This document shows, piece by piece, positions 29,509-37,762 of a stretch of 52,936 bases of DNA. The notes beneath the pieces were generated by a model. The model made no database searches and was not told where the DNA came from. It saw only the letters and a program-made list of their open reading frames with translations. The translations under genes were made by a program, and so were the position numbers. Source of the stretch: Escherichia phage JEP7. Location: the sequence record MT764207.1. One strand, 5' to 3'. Position 1 is the stretch's first letter; each line of letters starts with the position of its first letter.

Positions 29509-30393
29509 TTATACGGCCATTTGTAGTTTGATGTTTGGCATTGGTTTGTACTTCTCAACCATTGGCGTAACATCGGCAGGAGTGAAGTCAAACACTGACA
29601 CGTCGTAAATTGCGTTAATGTCAGGACGACCTTCAAAGTTAGTGTCCAGTGTAGTATCAGAATTGCTTACGATACGTTGCAGGAAAATCTTTGCAGCATC
29701 GATATGATTCTGATAGATGTGATAGTCACCCAGCGTAACAGTCATATCACCTACCCCAGTACCCAGCTCAGCAGCAATGGTAATCTGCAGCATTTGATGC
29801 AACAGAATATCGTGAGGCAGACCCAGAATAACATCCGCGCTACGCATGTGGAACATCAGCTCTAATTCATTGCGGTTGTTAATGAACAGCTGAAAACCAT
29901 GGTAACAAGGCGGAAGGGCCATGGCGTCCATCTCTTGTGGGTTCCATGCCGTAATGTATGCCCGGCGGTCAGTAGGCTTAACCTTCAGCGTTTCAATAAC
30001 ATCTTTAAGCTGGTTAGTAAGAACACCATTCTTGTAGAATGGCTTAATCCATTGCACGCCGTACACAGGACCTAAGTCACGGTTGTCTGGCGTACCCCAG
30101 CGTTTGTTTGCGTCCTGCAGGTTACCTTCCCACCAGTTGCAGCCAAAGCCTTTGAGCGTGTCGACGTTTGAAATACCGTTGATAAAGCAGTAAAGCTCAG
30201 CAGCAACAGCTTTGATGTTAACAGGTTTAAACACCGGCACCATCAGTTTGTTGTCGTTAAAAGCCAGCTTAAATGCTGTACCAAAACAACGGCGTGTACC
30301 AACACCTGTACGGTCTACAACATCCTCGCCTTTACGCAGGATAAAAGAAATGATGTCGCTGTAAAGAGAATCGACAGTGCTATATGTTTTCAT
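29509..30393 (-). CDS. thymidylate synthase-fold enzyme with Asn-to-Asp at the pyrimidine specificity position (putative dCMP C5-hydroxymethylase or -methylase)
   Basis: 294 aa; by-eye alignment to E. coli ThyA across DRTGVGT, DLGPVYGVQW, RRAYITAWNP, ALPPC (catalytic Cys163, codon 29905-29907), RSADVILGLPHD, GDYHIYQNH; residue matching ThyA Asn177 is Asp195 (codon 29809-29811). Confidence 0.85.
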   Translation of the reverse strand: MKTYSTVDSLYSDIISFILRKGEDVVDRTGVGTRRCFGTAFKLAFNDNKLMVPVFKPVNIKAVAAELYCFINGISNVDTLKGFGCNWWEGNLQDANKRWGTPDNRDLGPVYGVQWIKPFYKNGVLTNQLKDVIETLKVKPTDRRAYITAWNPQEMDAMALPPCYHGFQLFINNRNELELMFHMRSADVILGLPHDILLHQMLQITIAAELGTGVGDMTVTLGDYHIYQNHIDAAKIFLQRIVSNSDTTLDTNFEGRPDINAIYDVSVFDFTPADVTPMVEKYKPMPNIKLQMAV

Positions 30394-30986
30394 TAAAACA
30401 GTTCCTTTTGAGCCGGGTTAACGTGTGCGTCGATGATGGCCTGGATGTCAGGTGCTTTCCATCCTTCAGGCTTAACAATATCCTGACCAGACTTATGCTT
30501 ACTGTTGCTTGCATCAGGCTTAGCACGTTCTTTCGCCATGTTAGCAACTTGTACCGCATCCCATGCTGCGTCGAGTGGCCAGTTGTTGTTTGCACACCAG
30601 GTAATCAGGTGGATAATTAACTGGGCCAGACGGTCGCAATGAGTGTCTTCAGTATCCTTAACGTATACAATAAGGCCGTCAGCATCGAAGCGGTCCATAA
30701 ATCCGCATGGCGTAGTTAACAGAATCGGATACTCAAATTCGTTGGTGAACCATGCAGTCTGGTCATACAGATATAACGTACCTGCAGCAATGTAAATTAA
30801 ATCTACAATACCGTCTAAGAATCCAGCTTTATCGCCGTCCTTCTTAGCTTGTTTAATTTCTTCCATCTCCTCAATAAGACGGTCATAGCGAAGCTTGAAC
30901 TCAGGTTTACCGCCTTGACTAACAGGCTTGAGGTCAAACTTCTCATGAAAAGCGGTAACGCCTGCAGCAATTTTACTGAATCGCAT
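30393..30986 (-). CDS. MazG-like nucleoside triphosphate pyrophosphohydrolase (putative)
   Basis: 197 aa; acidic helical segment RLIEEMEEIKQAKKDGDKAGFLDGIVDLIYIAAG resembling the EExxE...D metal-binding helices of all-alpha NTP pyrophosphatases; AGGAG RBS. Confidence 0.45.
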   Translation of the reverse strand: MRFSKIAAGVTAFHEKFDLKPVSQGGKPEFKLRYDRLIEEMEEIKQAKKDGDKAGFLDGIVDLIYIAAGTLYLYDQTAWFTNEFEYPILLTTPCGFMDRFDADGLIVYVKDTEDTHCDRLAQLIIHLITWCANNNWPLDAAWDAVQVANMAKERAKPDASNSKHKSGQDIVKPEGWKAPDIQAIIDAHVNPAQKELF

Positions 30987-31371
30987 TTCGTAACTCCTTA
31001 CAAACAGTTTCGATAAACTTACGCTTAATTTCTGTAGACCAGATAATATGACGAGCCTGTTCTAAAGTGTCCCAACGTTCTTTACCCACAGGAAAGGGAA
31101 CAATGAAAAGGCCGGTACGGGATATGCGCTTGATAAACGGGAATTTACAGCGCATGGTTGTTTCAAACTTGATAAAGTTGGTTTGCACTTCGCGTGTAAA
31201 CTTGACCTTATCAAATTCATGTTCAAGAGTTTGAGCAAGGTTGCATACTTCCTGGAAAGAAGATGTGGGTAAATAATCTTCGCGGCCGACGGTGTTCACG
31301 TAGTCGATTTGGCCTTCGAGTCGAAGTATCCAAATCCTGTAATAAGCTTCAGCAACACGTTGTAGGTTCAT
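30973..31371 (-). CDS. hypothetical protein
   Basis: 132 aa; GAGGAGAG RBS; first gene downstream of promoter at 31398-31426. Confidence 0.3.
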   Translation of the reverse strand: MNLQRVAEAYYRIWILRLEGQIDYVNTVGREDYLPTSSFQEVCNLAQTLEHEFDKVKFTREVQTNFIKFETTMRCKFPFIKRISRTGLFIVPFPVGKERWDTLEQARHIIWSTEIKRKFIETVCKELRNAIQ

Positions 31372-31397
31372 TGTATCTCTCCTCTAAAAGATAACTT

Positions 31398-31426
31398 ATT
31401 ATACCACATCACTCTCTAGTGGTAAA
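31398..31426 (-). promoter_or_regulatory. promoter with TTTACC -35 and extended -10 (TGgTATAAT), CCAC/GTGG dyad in spacer
   Basis: minus-strand reading CTTTACCACTAGAGAGTGATGTGGTATAAT; 17-nt spacer. Confidence 0.5.
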
Positions 31427-31453
31427 GCACTTTTTACGCTTCTGGTAAAAATA

Positions 31454-31482
31454 AAAAGGACCAGCGTTAACTGGTCCTTTTG
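31454..31482 (-). terminator. rho-independent terminator (minus-strand orientation)
   Basis: GGACCAG-CGTTAA-CTGGTCC stem-loop with A-run on + strand, i.e. hairpin followed by TTTTTATTTTT on the minus strand. Confidence 0.6.
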
Positions 31483-32047
31483 GCAGGGTGGCGTAAGGAG
31501 ATACAAGGCATCATAACTATGCAACCAGGCAGCGCATATGAGATTGGCCAAAAGATTTACCATTTTAATCCCCGCGACGAGACGAAAGGAGGTGCCATCA
31601 AGTAGCCAATCACATATGCGTTACTTGCTGTGTGCTCTCACCGCGGAAAGTATAGAGCGTTGCACTTATCACACCGATGGAGTGGCAAAAGCACACAGCA
31701 AGTACAACCTTAGTTGTGGTGTCTTAGCACCTGAGTTATTGTGGATAACCTGCACCCGACGGGTGTCAAAAAGATACGCCAAAACACCACAACTAAAATT
31801 GTGACCGCCGTCTACACCAGGCGCCTGGGGTCAAGGTAGCGAGCCAATACCCTTTTCAGCGTCGGAGGAATCGAACCTCACACATCACGGCTTTTACCAA
31901 ATCTCGGTCAGCGAGCAGAATTGAACTGCATTCACTGGACACCCTCACTGTTTCAACACACCAGGCTTAATTGATTGTTGATAAGAAGAGAGATGTAAGG
32001 ATGTCCATTGAATGCACCTCCGTAGAGGTGCGTTCAGATCAGCGCTA
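31483..32047 (-). ncRNA. candidate structured non-coding RNA / long 3' UTR
   Basis: about 570 nt without a credible ORF between the stop of 32048-32515 and the terminator; contains nested inverted repeats (CTTAGTTGTGGTGT ... ACACCACAACTAA enclosing CACCC-GAC-GGGTG), a 12-bp palindrome CCAGGCGCCTGG and a tRNA T-arm-like GAGGTTCGATTCCTC on the minus strand. Confidence 0.3.
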
Positions 32048-32515
32048 TTATTCAGCAACTTCTTCGTTGTCGCCTTCGATCGCGCCAGCCAGTTTAGCAG
32101 CTTCAGCTTTAGCAGCTTCTGCTTTCTGGCGAGCTTTTTCAGCTTTCTCTTCAGCTTTGCGAATCTGCTCAGCAGCTTTCGCTTCGGCTTTTTCAGCTTT
32201 GATGCGAGCACGCTCTTCAGCTTTACGCTGTTTTTCAGCGGCTTTAGCAGCATCGCGTTCTGCTTTAGCGGTATCAACACGCTTAGCCAGAACTTTACCA
32301 GTGGCTTTACGCCAGTAGGTCAGCTGGGAAGAAACAGTACCACGGGACATTTCGGTAGTGGCAACAACTTCGTCCATAACGTCAGAGCTGGACTTGCCTT
32401 CTTCATGGGCTTTATCAGCCAGGTCCCATACGTAACGTGCGCCAGTACCAGCTGCCGGATACAGTACGCCGTTAACTTCTTCTTTACCAGTTACAAAAGT
32501 CAGTTTCTCGCTCAT
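32048..32515 (-). CDS. Lys/Ala/Glu-repeat protein (histone H1-like, putative DNA-binding)
   Basis: ATG 32515 with GAGGA RBS; C-terminal third is KAAEK/AEKA low-complexity repeats; codon choice typical of highly expressed genes. Confidence 0.4.
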   Translation of the reverse strand: MSEKLTFVTGKEEVNGVLYPAAGTGARYVWDLADKAHEEGKSSSDVMDEVVATTEMSRGTVSSQLTYWRKATGKVLAKRVDTAKAERDAAKAAEKQRKAEERARIKAEKAEAKAAEQIRKAEEKAEKARQKAEAAKAEAAKLAGAIEGDNEEVAE

Positions 32516-32621
32516 AATTTTTTCCTCGTCTACAGGGCTTAATGTTTGTTCGTTACGTGAGTTAATATACGTCATTTAAAAGAGTGTGTAAACACCTTTT
32601 TTAAACTTTTTTCATTAGTGT

Positions 32622-32849
32622 CTAGAAAGGCACATCATAGTCAAAAAGTTTACATCCGGAAGACAGGACTGCCGGCGGTGGTGTTTTGCCTCCGGATAAT
32701 AGACAACCTCCTGCCTGAAAACTACGGCAGTTCGCACAGCTCATATCCTGCAGGTATATAATAAGCTGCCGGCGAACATGCCGTGGTAAAGCTTTAGCTT
32801 GGGTAGCTACCCGTTCAAATAGTTCTCTGTCATCGAGCGCCATAGCCAT
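32622..32849 (-). CDS. hypothetical small Cys-containing protein
   Basis: 75 aa ORF overlapping the helicase 3' end; weak call. Confidence 0.25.
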   Translation of the reverse strand: MAMALDDRELFERVATQAKALPRHVRRQLIIYLQDMSCANCRSFQAGGCLLSGGKTPPPAVLSSGCKLFDYDVPF

Positions 32850-34500
32850 TCCCCCAGTCGTAGTTCATGATTTGTGGGTAGGGTCGTTTAATCCATACCT
32901 TGATGCGCTTAGGAATAGCCAGCTCACCCTTACGGCGAATAAACTCATCGCATGTTTCAGGCGGTTCGGTTCCTGCAGCATTACGCCACCAGGCATCTGC
33001 CATTTGCTTAGCATTACCATGGGCCTCAATATTTACCCAAGTTGTGTACACTTCCAGGTTTGAATAATACACAACCTTTATACTGTCAGGCCGTCCTTGC
33101 TTCTGGAATAAAGAATAGTTTACCAGCGTAACATCCTTATCCACAACACGAAGCTGACCGTTAGTCATTACCTCTTCTTCTGATGAAGTGAAGGCAATAG
33201 CAGGTCCGTTAACTGTAAATTCAAATTCATGTCCGCACATCGGATATACACCATTCTCGTCTGGCGTACTTCCTTTAGCCGGATGTTTACATGTACGAGC
33301 AGCATAACCACTTACCTGGTGGCAGATAGGGCACTCTTTACCGCCAGGTGTTTTCTCTGACCGTTTCTTTTTCTTCTTACCAAGACGTGGCGGAACAGCC
33401 GGGTCATCAATAGGACCAAGGTCAATGGTGTTAGATGTGAAGTCCATAACAAGACAGTCATGCTTACCAGGCGCTGTACGTAATCCTCGACCGAGTATCT
33501 GCACCCACAAGGCAACAGACGTGGACGGGCGCAAGATGCCGAGCATATCAATTTCAGGATAGTCAAAGCCTGTTGTCAATACGTTTACGTTTACGCATAC
33601 CCTGGCACGTCCGCTTGTAAACTCTTCCAGTGCGGCTTCACGTTCTTTCTTTGTAAGACCGCCATGCACAACTACAGTCTGCCACCCGCGCAGATTAAAT
33701 TCGTCTGCTATGTTGTGGGCGTGCTCAACACTTGTGGCAAATACAAGAACGTGGTTCCTGTCTTTACCGTAGTGCATCATCTCACGAATAGCCGCGACTG
33801 TTATACTATGCTGGTTGGCTACCTTCTCGAGCTCTGACGGGATATAGTCACCCATCCTTTCGCCAACATTACTGGTGTCAATCTTGGTTAACACTTTCTT
33901 GTTGACCAGGCGCGACAGGAAGCCTTCATTTACCAGTCGGGTGAATGCGTCAGGTGTTGTAAGGTCATAGCAGATGTCGGTAAATATACCACAGTCAAGC
34001 AAGTGACCACCTGCCAGTCGATACGGAGTTGCTGTAAGGCCTGTTACCTTTACCTTAGGATTAAGCTCTTTGAAATGAGCAATAACCTTACGGTATGTTG
34101 TTTCAGACTTCTCAGGAACGAGATGGGCTTCGTCAATGAATATAAGATTGAACTTACCTGCTTCTTCCAGGTTCTTAATAATCGACTGTACTGACGCTAC
34201 AACTATACGACCTGAAAAGTCTTTGTGTCCTGCACCTGAAGAGTAGATTGATACTGGTGCTTGTGGCCAGTGGCGAACAATTGCTTTGGCGTCTTGTTCT
34301 ACCAGCTCCTTGACGTGTGTCAATATAAGAATGCGCTGACGTGGATAGCTGGTAAGAATATCCTTCATCAACATACCAAGCACAGGTGATTTACCTGAAC
34401 CTGTTGGCATGACAATAAGTGGGTTACCACTATAAGAATTGAAGTACGACCACCAAGCGGTCACAGCTTCTTGTTGATACCAGCGAGCTTCAAAAGCCAT
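32830..34500 (-). CDS. superfamily 2 DEAD/DEAH-box DNA helicase with C-terminal zinc-ribbon
   Basis: 556 aa; motif I VMPTGSGKS, motif II FIDEAH, motif III-like LTATP; C-terminal CPICH...C...C cluster. Confidence 0.8.
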   Translation of the reverse strand: MAFEARWYQQEAVTAWWSYFNSYSGNPLIVMPTGSGKSPVLGMLMKDILTSYPRQRILILTHVKELVEQDAKAIVRHWPQAPVSIYSSGAGHKDFSGRIVVASVQSIIKNLEEAGKFNLIFIDEAHLVPEKSETTYRKVIAHFKELNPKVKVTGLTATPYRLAGGHLLDCGIFTDICYDLTTPDAFTRLVNEGFLSRLVNKKVLTKIDTSNVGERMGDYIPSELEKVANQHSITVAAIREMMHYGKDRNHVLVFATSVEHAHNIADEFNLRGWQTVVVHGGLTKKEREAALEEFTSGRARVCVNVNVLTTGFDYPEIDMLGILRPSTSVALWVQILGRGLRTAPGKHDCLVMDFTSNTIDLGPIDDPAVPPRLGKKKKKRSEKTPGGKECPICHQVSGYAARTCKHPAKGSTPDENGVYPMCGHEFEFTVNGPAIAFTSSEEEVMTNGQLRVVDKDVTLVNYSLFQKQGRPDSIKVVYYSNLEVYTTWVNIEAHGNAKQMADAWWRNAAGTEPPETCDEFIRRKGELAIPKRIKVWIKRPYPQIMNYDWGNGYGAR

Positions 34501-34526
34501 TTATCATCTCCTCATTAACTTTATAT

Positions 34527-34555
34527 ATTATACCACTTCCTTGTGGTAAAGTATA
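34527..34555 (-). promoter_or_regulatory. promoter with extended -10 (TGgTATAAT) and CCAC/GTGG dyad
   Basis: minus-strand reading CTTTACCACAAGGAAGTGGTATAAT upstream of helicase gene. Confidence 0.45.
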
Positions 34556-34558
34556 CTT

Positions 34559-35437
34559 TTATTTTAAGGAAAGTTTAACGGGCTTCTCATCCTGCGGGAA
34601 GACATCAGCAGGGCGATAATCATCACAAGCTGCTAATTGCTCTTCGAGTGTTTCGAGTTCTTTCTGGTGCTTGTTGCAGTACCACACTTTGCCCTGGAGC
34701 GGTTTACTGTAATGGCAGGTTCTGCAGTTCCTGTCTGGCATTGCTCCTTTGTGGCACAGGTGATGGTATTCGCACATCCCTGGTTTGCACTCCCACCAAA
34801 TAGGCGATTCAGAAATCTTCGGCATATCCAAACCAGATTCCGCATATACAACAGCCTCCGCTTTACTCAGTTGTATGTCGCTTTCCAGTAAGTCAATCTC
34901 GACCACCTCAAAATACATCTCGTCGGTGTTCTTGTTGATTGCGATGTACACAGCTTGATTCAGCTTAAGCTTCCGCATGTATACCTGCATCTGGGCATAG
35001 TGTACCGGCTTACTTGCTTTAACAGACTTGAGCTTGACTAACTCTTTAAACGACTTATCGCCATGCGTCTTGAATTCAGCAAGTGCCCATACGCCTTTGT
35101 ATTTAATTACACAGTCACAAGACCCAGAGAAGATGTCATTGAATTCGTGTATGCGCCATTGCTTACCAGTCTTGGGATTGACGTCCAGCACCTCATCACA
35201 TACGGAACGAAGCCACTTTACAATTCTGCTTTCTTCAAGGTTACCTCGCTCAAACAGACGAAGTTGCTTAGCTGTAAACTTCTCCTTGAACGACCAGTGC
35301 AGAACGTGCCAAAGATAGCGATAGCAGTTGTGCCCTATCTGCGATGCTCCAAGATGCCCGCGTCGTTCTTCTCTTTCGTGGGCTTCGACTATCTTGATGT
35401 CAATACGTTTCTGCAGGTCGTCAAACGGACTTGGCAT
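34559..35437 (-). CDS. PD-(D/E)XK exonuclease (Cas4/RecB-nuclease-like) with C-terminal Cys cluster
   Basis: ATG 35437 with GAGGAG RBS; D...EFK motif (DCVIKYKGVWALAEFKTHGD); C-terminal CKPGMC...C..C....C cysteine cluster. Confidence 0.5.
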   Translation of the reverse strand: MPSPFDDLQKRIDIKIVEAHEREERRGHLGASQIGHNCYRYLWHVLHWSFKEKFTAKQLRLFERGNLEESRIVKWLRSVCDEVLDVNPKTGKQWRIHEFNDIFSGSCDCVIKYKGVWALAEFKTHGDKSFKELVKLKSVKASKPVHYAQMQVYMRKLKLNQAVYIAINKNTDEMYFEVVEIDLLESDIQLSKAEAVVYAESGLDMPKISESPIWWECKPGMCEYHHLCHKGAMPDRNCRTCHYSKPLQGKVWYCNKHQKELETLEEQLAACDDYRPADVFPQDEKPVKLSLK

Positions 35438-35906
35438 TGTTAAACTCCTCAACGCTGAATTCATCGTACACAATATTATGAGCCCACAAATGAGCGACGG
35501 CGTTTGCCATACTGTCTTTCCATTTGGATTGTGAAGCTGTATGAGCCAATGCAACTACACGAACCAGGTTAAGGTTGGCTATCAGCATATCTGCACAATG
35601 TTCGCACGGCGGGTAGGTTATGTAGATGGTAACCGGGCCTAAAGAAGGAGTGTCTAACTCACTCCTTATATTAGCTAAGGTATTTATCTCGCTATGAATA
35701 GTTAGAGCGTTCTTGAGGCTATTAGGCACTATTCTTATAGAGTCTAGCTGCGTAGGTAAGCCGTTATATCCAGTGGAAATAATACGCTTGTTCTGGTCCA
35801 CAAGAACACTACCGACTTGACGTTTCGGGTCCTTTGACCAGCTTGCAACTTCACAAGCTATGCGCATAAACCGCTTGTCCCACTTGTCCATCTTCTTCTT
35901 TTGCAT
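35421..35906 (-). CDS. dCMP deaminase (cytidine/deoxycytidylate deaminase family)
   Basis: 161 aa; zinc-binding motifs HSEINT and PCEHC. Confidence 0.85.
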   Translation of the reverse strand: MQKKKMDKWDKRFMRIACEVASWSKDPKRQVGSVLVDQNKRIISTGYNGLPTQLDSIRIVPNSLKNALTIHSEINTLANIRSELDTPSLGPVTIYITYPPCEHCADMLIANLNLVRVVALAHTASQSKWKDSMANAVAHLWAHNIVYDEFSVEEFNNAKSV

Positions 35907-35925
35907 GGTAGTCTCCGTATACGAA

Positions 35926-35945
35926 AATAGGGGCCGAAGCCCCTA
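35926..35945 (-). terminator. GGGGC-UUCG-GCCCC hairpin (possible terminator/attenuator)
   Basis: minus-strand hairpin GGGGCTTCGGCCCC followed by TATTTTCG, between SSB-like gene stop and dCMP deaminase start. Confidence 0.4.
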
Positions 35946-35967
35946 TTGAATATCTACTCGGCAGGGA

Positions 35968-36513
35968 TTACTCTTCCCAAGGAGCTGCTTCACCACCATC
36001 AGTACCAGGTGCCGTTGCAGTAGCACTCCCCTTCATTGAAGTACCCGCACCTGCACCTACTTTCTTCGTCGTCGATGCAGTTGCTTGAGACTGACCGCCT
36101 ACTGCAGTAGTTGCTTCAGTTGACGCTTTGTATTCGCGAATATCGTTTTGTGGGTCGTATTCACCGGTCTTGTCGATACGAACACCAACTTTACCGGCTA
36201 CAATACGGTTTTCCAGTAAGTCGGTAGAAGTCAGTTCAACAATACCCAGCGCACGACACAACGCAGACAGTTTGCGATGACCGATTTCAACAGCTTGTGC
36301 ATTAGGGTTGGAGTAGGTAATCATGTCAAATACAACACGGTTAGCGAACTCACCTTCCTGCACTTTCAGACGCAGGGACAGGTAAGAACCAGTGCCTGCT
36401 TTAGTCGGCTTCAGCTCAACCTCTTCAATCATGAAGTTGTACCAGCCTTTCGGGATAGGGTCAAAAGACTGTTGCGGTTCGACGGTAGAGCTGTTGAAGT
36501 TTAATTCAGCCAT
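35968..36513 (-). CDS. putative ssDNA-binding protein
   Basis: 181 aa; Gly/Ala/Thr-rich flexible C-terminal region ending in acidic tail (APWEE); adjacent to RecA-like ATPase; weak call. Confidence 0.3.
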   Translation of the reverse strand: MAELNFNSSTVEPQQSFDPIPKGWYNFMIEEVELKPTKAGTGSYLSLRLKVQEGEFANRVVFDMITYSNPNAQAVEIGHRKLSALCRALGIVELTSTDLLENRIVAGKVGVRIDKTGEYDPQNDIREYKASTEATTAVGGQSQATASTTKKVGAGAGTSMKGSATATAPGTDGGEAAPWEE

Positions 36514-36585
36514 TGTTTGGTATCCTGTTTAAGTTTAGTTTAATTTCGTTTAACGCTTTACCGGCAGCGTTCGGCCGTGATGCTT

Positions 36586-36615
36586 ATTATACGCCACTTT
36601 TTATCATGGCGTAAA
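36586..36615 (-). promoter_or_regulatory. promoter (TTTACG ... GTGGCGTATAAT)
   Basis: minus-strand reading GTTTACGCCATGATAAAAAGTGGCGTATAAT. Confidence 0.4.
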
Positions 36616-36620
36616 CACTT

Positions 36621-37505
36621 TTATTTGCTGGTTTCTTTCTCAGCTTGAGCGGCTTTCTTCGCCATCCAGGCTTGGTGCTTCTCTTTCGATTCGTCCGAAC
36701 CGATTTTAGTGAGCTGCACGTTTGGGTCGTCGTTCTGCATCTGTTCTGCAGCTCGACCTGTCAGGAGCAGGTAGCTGTCTGACTCCGGATGATAATACCA
36801 CAGCTGGTAAGGATGATAGCCTTGTAGCTTATCATAAATCCAGCCCAGATCTGCAGGTTCACGTGCATCCAGTTCACGGCCTGGTGCGTTACGGCACTTA
36901 GCTTCCCATTGATAGTCAGGTTGTGTCTGAATATAGCGCTCGCTGTTACCATTGGCATCAGGTGCAGTCATACGTAAAGCAAGCACCGCATCCATAAGGT
37001 ACGGTAACTGTTTAGGTAACTGCTGACCAGGCATAAGAGGTGAGTACAACATTGCACCAGTAACCTCGTCCTTGTTCTTCTCAAGCTTGCACAGGTATGC
37101 AACGCTGAAAGGCAAGTCACGGAACTGACGCATGATATACATCATCTTGTCGTTGGTATTACCATACGCCTGTCGTTTGTCATTAACCTGTGACTTCTCG
37201 TAGTCCAGACAAACTTCAGCAACATCTGATAGTGAGTCGAAAATCAGATGCTCATACTTCTGCGCATCCTTACTTTCGGTAAGCCATTTGTACAGCGCCA
37301 GAATGTCGTTGAACGTATTGATTGGCGTAGAGTCGATGTCAGCGTCTGCAATTGACATCAAACCGCCTTCGGCATTAATGACAAGAACCTTGTCATGAGG
37401 CAAGGTCTTAGCCAGGGTGGTTTTACCAACACCTGATGCGCCGTAAATAGCGACCTTAGGTCGCTTATTTTCTACGGCTTGTTTAGTAGATACAATCTGA
37501 ACCAT
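36621..37505 (-). CDS. RecA-like P-loop ATPase (Sak4-like recombination protein, putative)
   Basis: 294 aa; Walker A AIYGASGVGKTT near N-terminus; Walker B-like LIFD. Confidence 0.5.
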   Translation of the reverse strand: MVQIVSTKQAVENKRPKVAIYGASGVGKTTLAKTLPHDKVLVINAEGGLMSIADADIDSTPINTFNDILALYKWLTESKDAQKYEHLIFDSLSDVAEVCLDYEKSQVNDKRQAYGNTNDKMMYIMRQFRDLPFSVAYLCKLEKNKDEVTGAMLYSPLMPGQQLPKQLPYLMDAVLALRMTAPDANGNSERYIQTQPDYQWEAKCRNAPGRELDAREPADLGWIYDKLQGYHPYQLWYYHPESDSYLLLTGRAAEQMQNDDPNVQLTKIGSDESKEKHQAWMAKKAAQAEKETSK

Positions 37506-37735
37506 TAATGATAGTCCTCGTAAAGTGATTCTTCATCGCAGTACATACGATAAAGAGCTTCTTCGGCTTCTTCCAGGGTGTCAAACTCCTCGCCACAGAC
37601 GGAGTATTTTGTGGGTTCATCGAATGACTCGACGATGTGCCAGTCATGATGAATACCGTATGTCCACAAGTCGCAGTCATCTTTTGCAACAAGCTTACGT
37701 GTGGAACGAAATTGTGCTAGAGTATTGATGCTCAT
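37505..37735 (-). CDS. hypothetical protein
   Basis: ATG 37735 with AGGAGAG RBS (track ORF extends to 37774 across the promoter). Confidence 0.3.
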   Translation of the reverse strand: MSINTLAQFRSTRKLVAKDDCDLWTYGIHHDWHIVESFDEPTKYSVCGEEFDTLEEAEEALYRMYCDEESLYEDYH

Positions 37736-37762
37736 ATTCTCTCTCCTCATGTGTATAGAGGT

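Noticed and set aside
31538-31804. 88-aa + strand ORF inside the non-coding stretch
   Set aside because: No RBS, opposite to the local transcription direction, and overlaps strong secondary-structure elements; more likely non-coding.
31855-31945. Possible tRNA gene on the minus strand suggested by a near-consensus T-arm (GAGGTTCGATTCCTC)
   Set aside because: No 7-bp acceptor stem complementary to the sequence following the T-arm, and no canonical D-arm or anticodon stem-loop could be built by hand; kept only as a motif inside the candidate structured RNA region.
32012-32542. 176-aa + strand ORF (Phe/Ser-rich)
   Set aside because: Antisense shadow of the KAAEK-repeat gene; low-complexity translation, no RBS.
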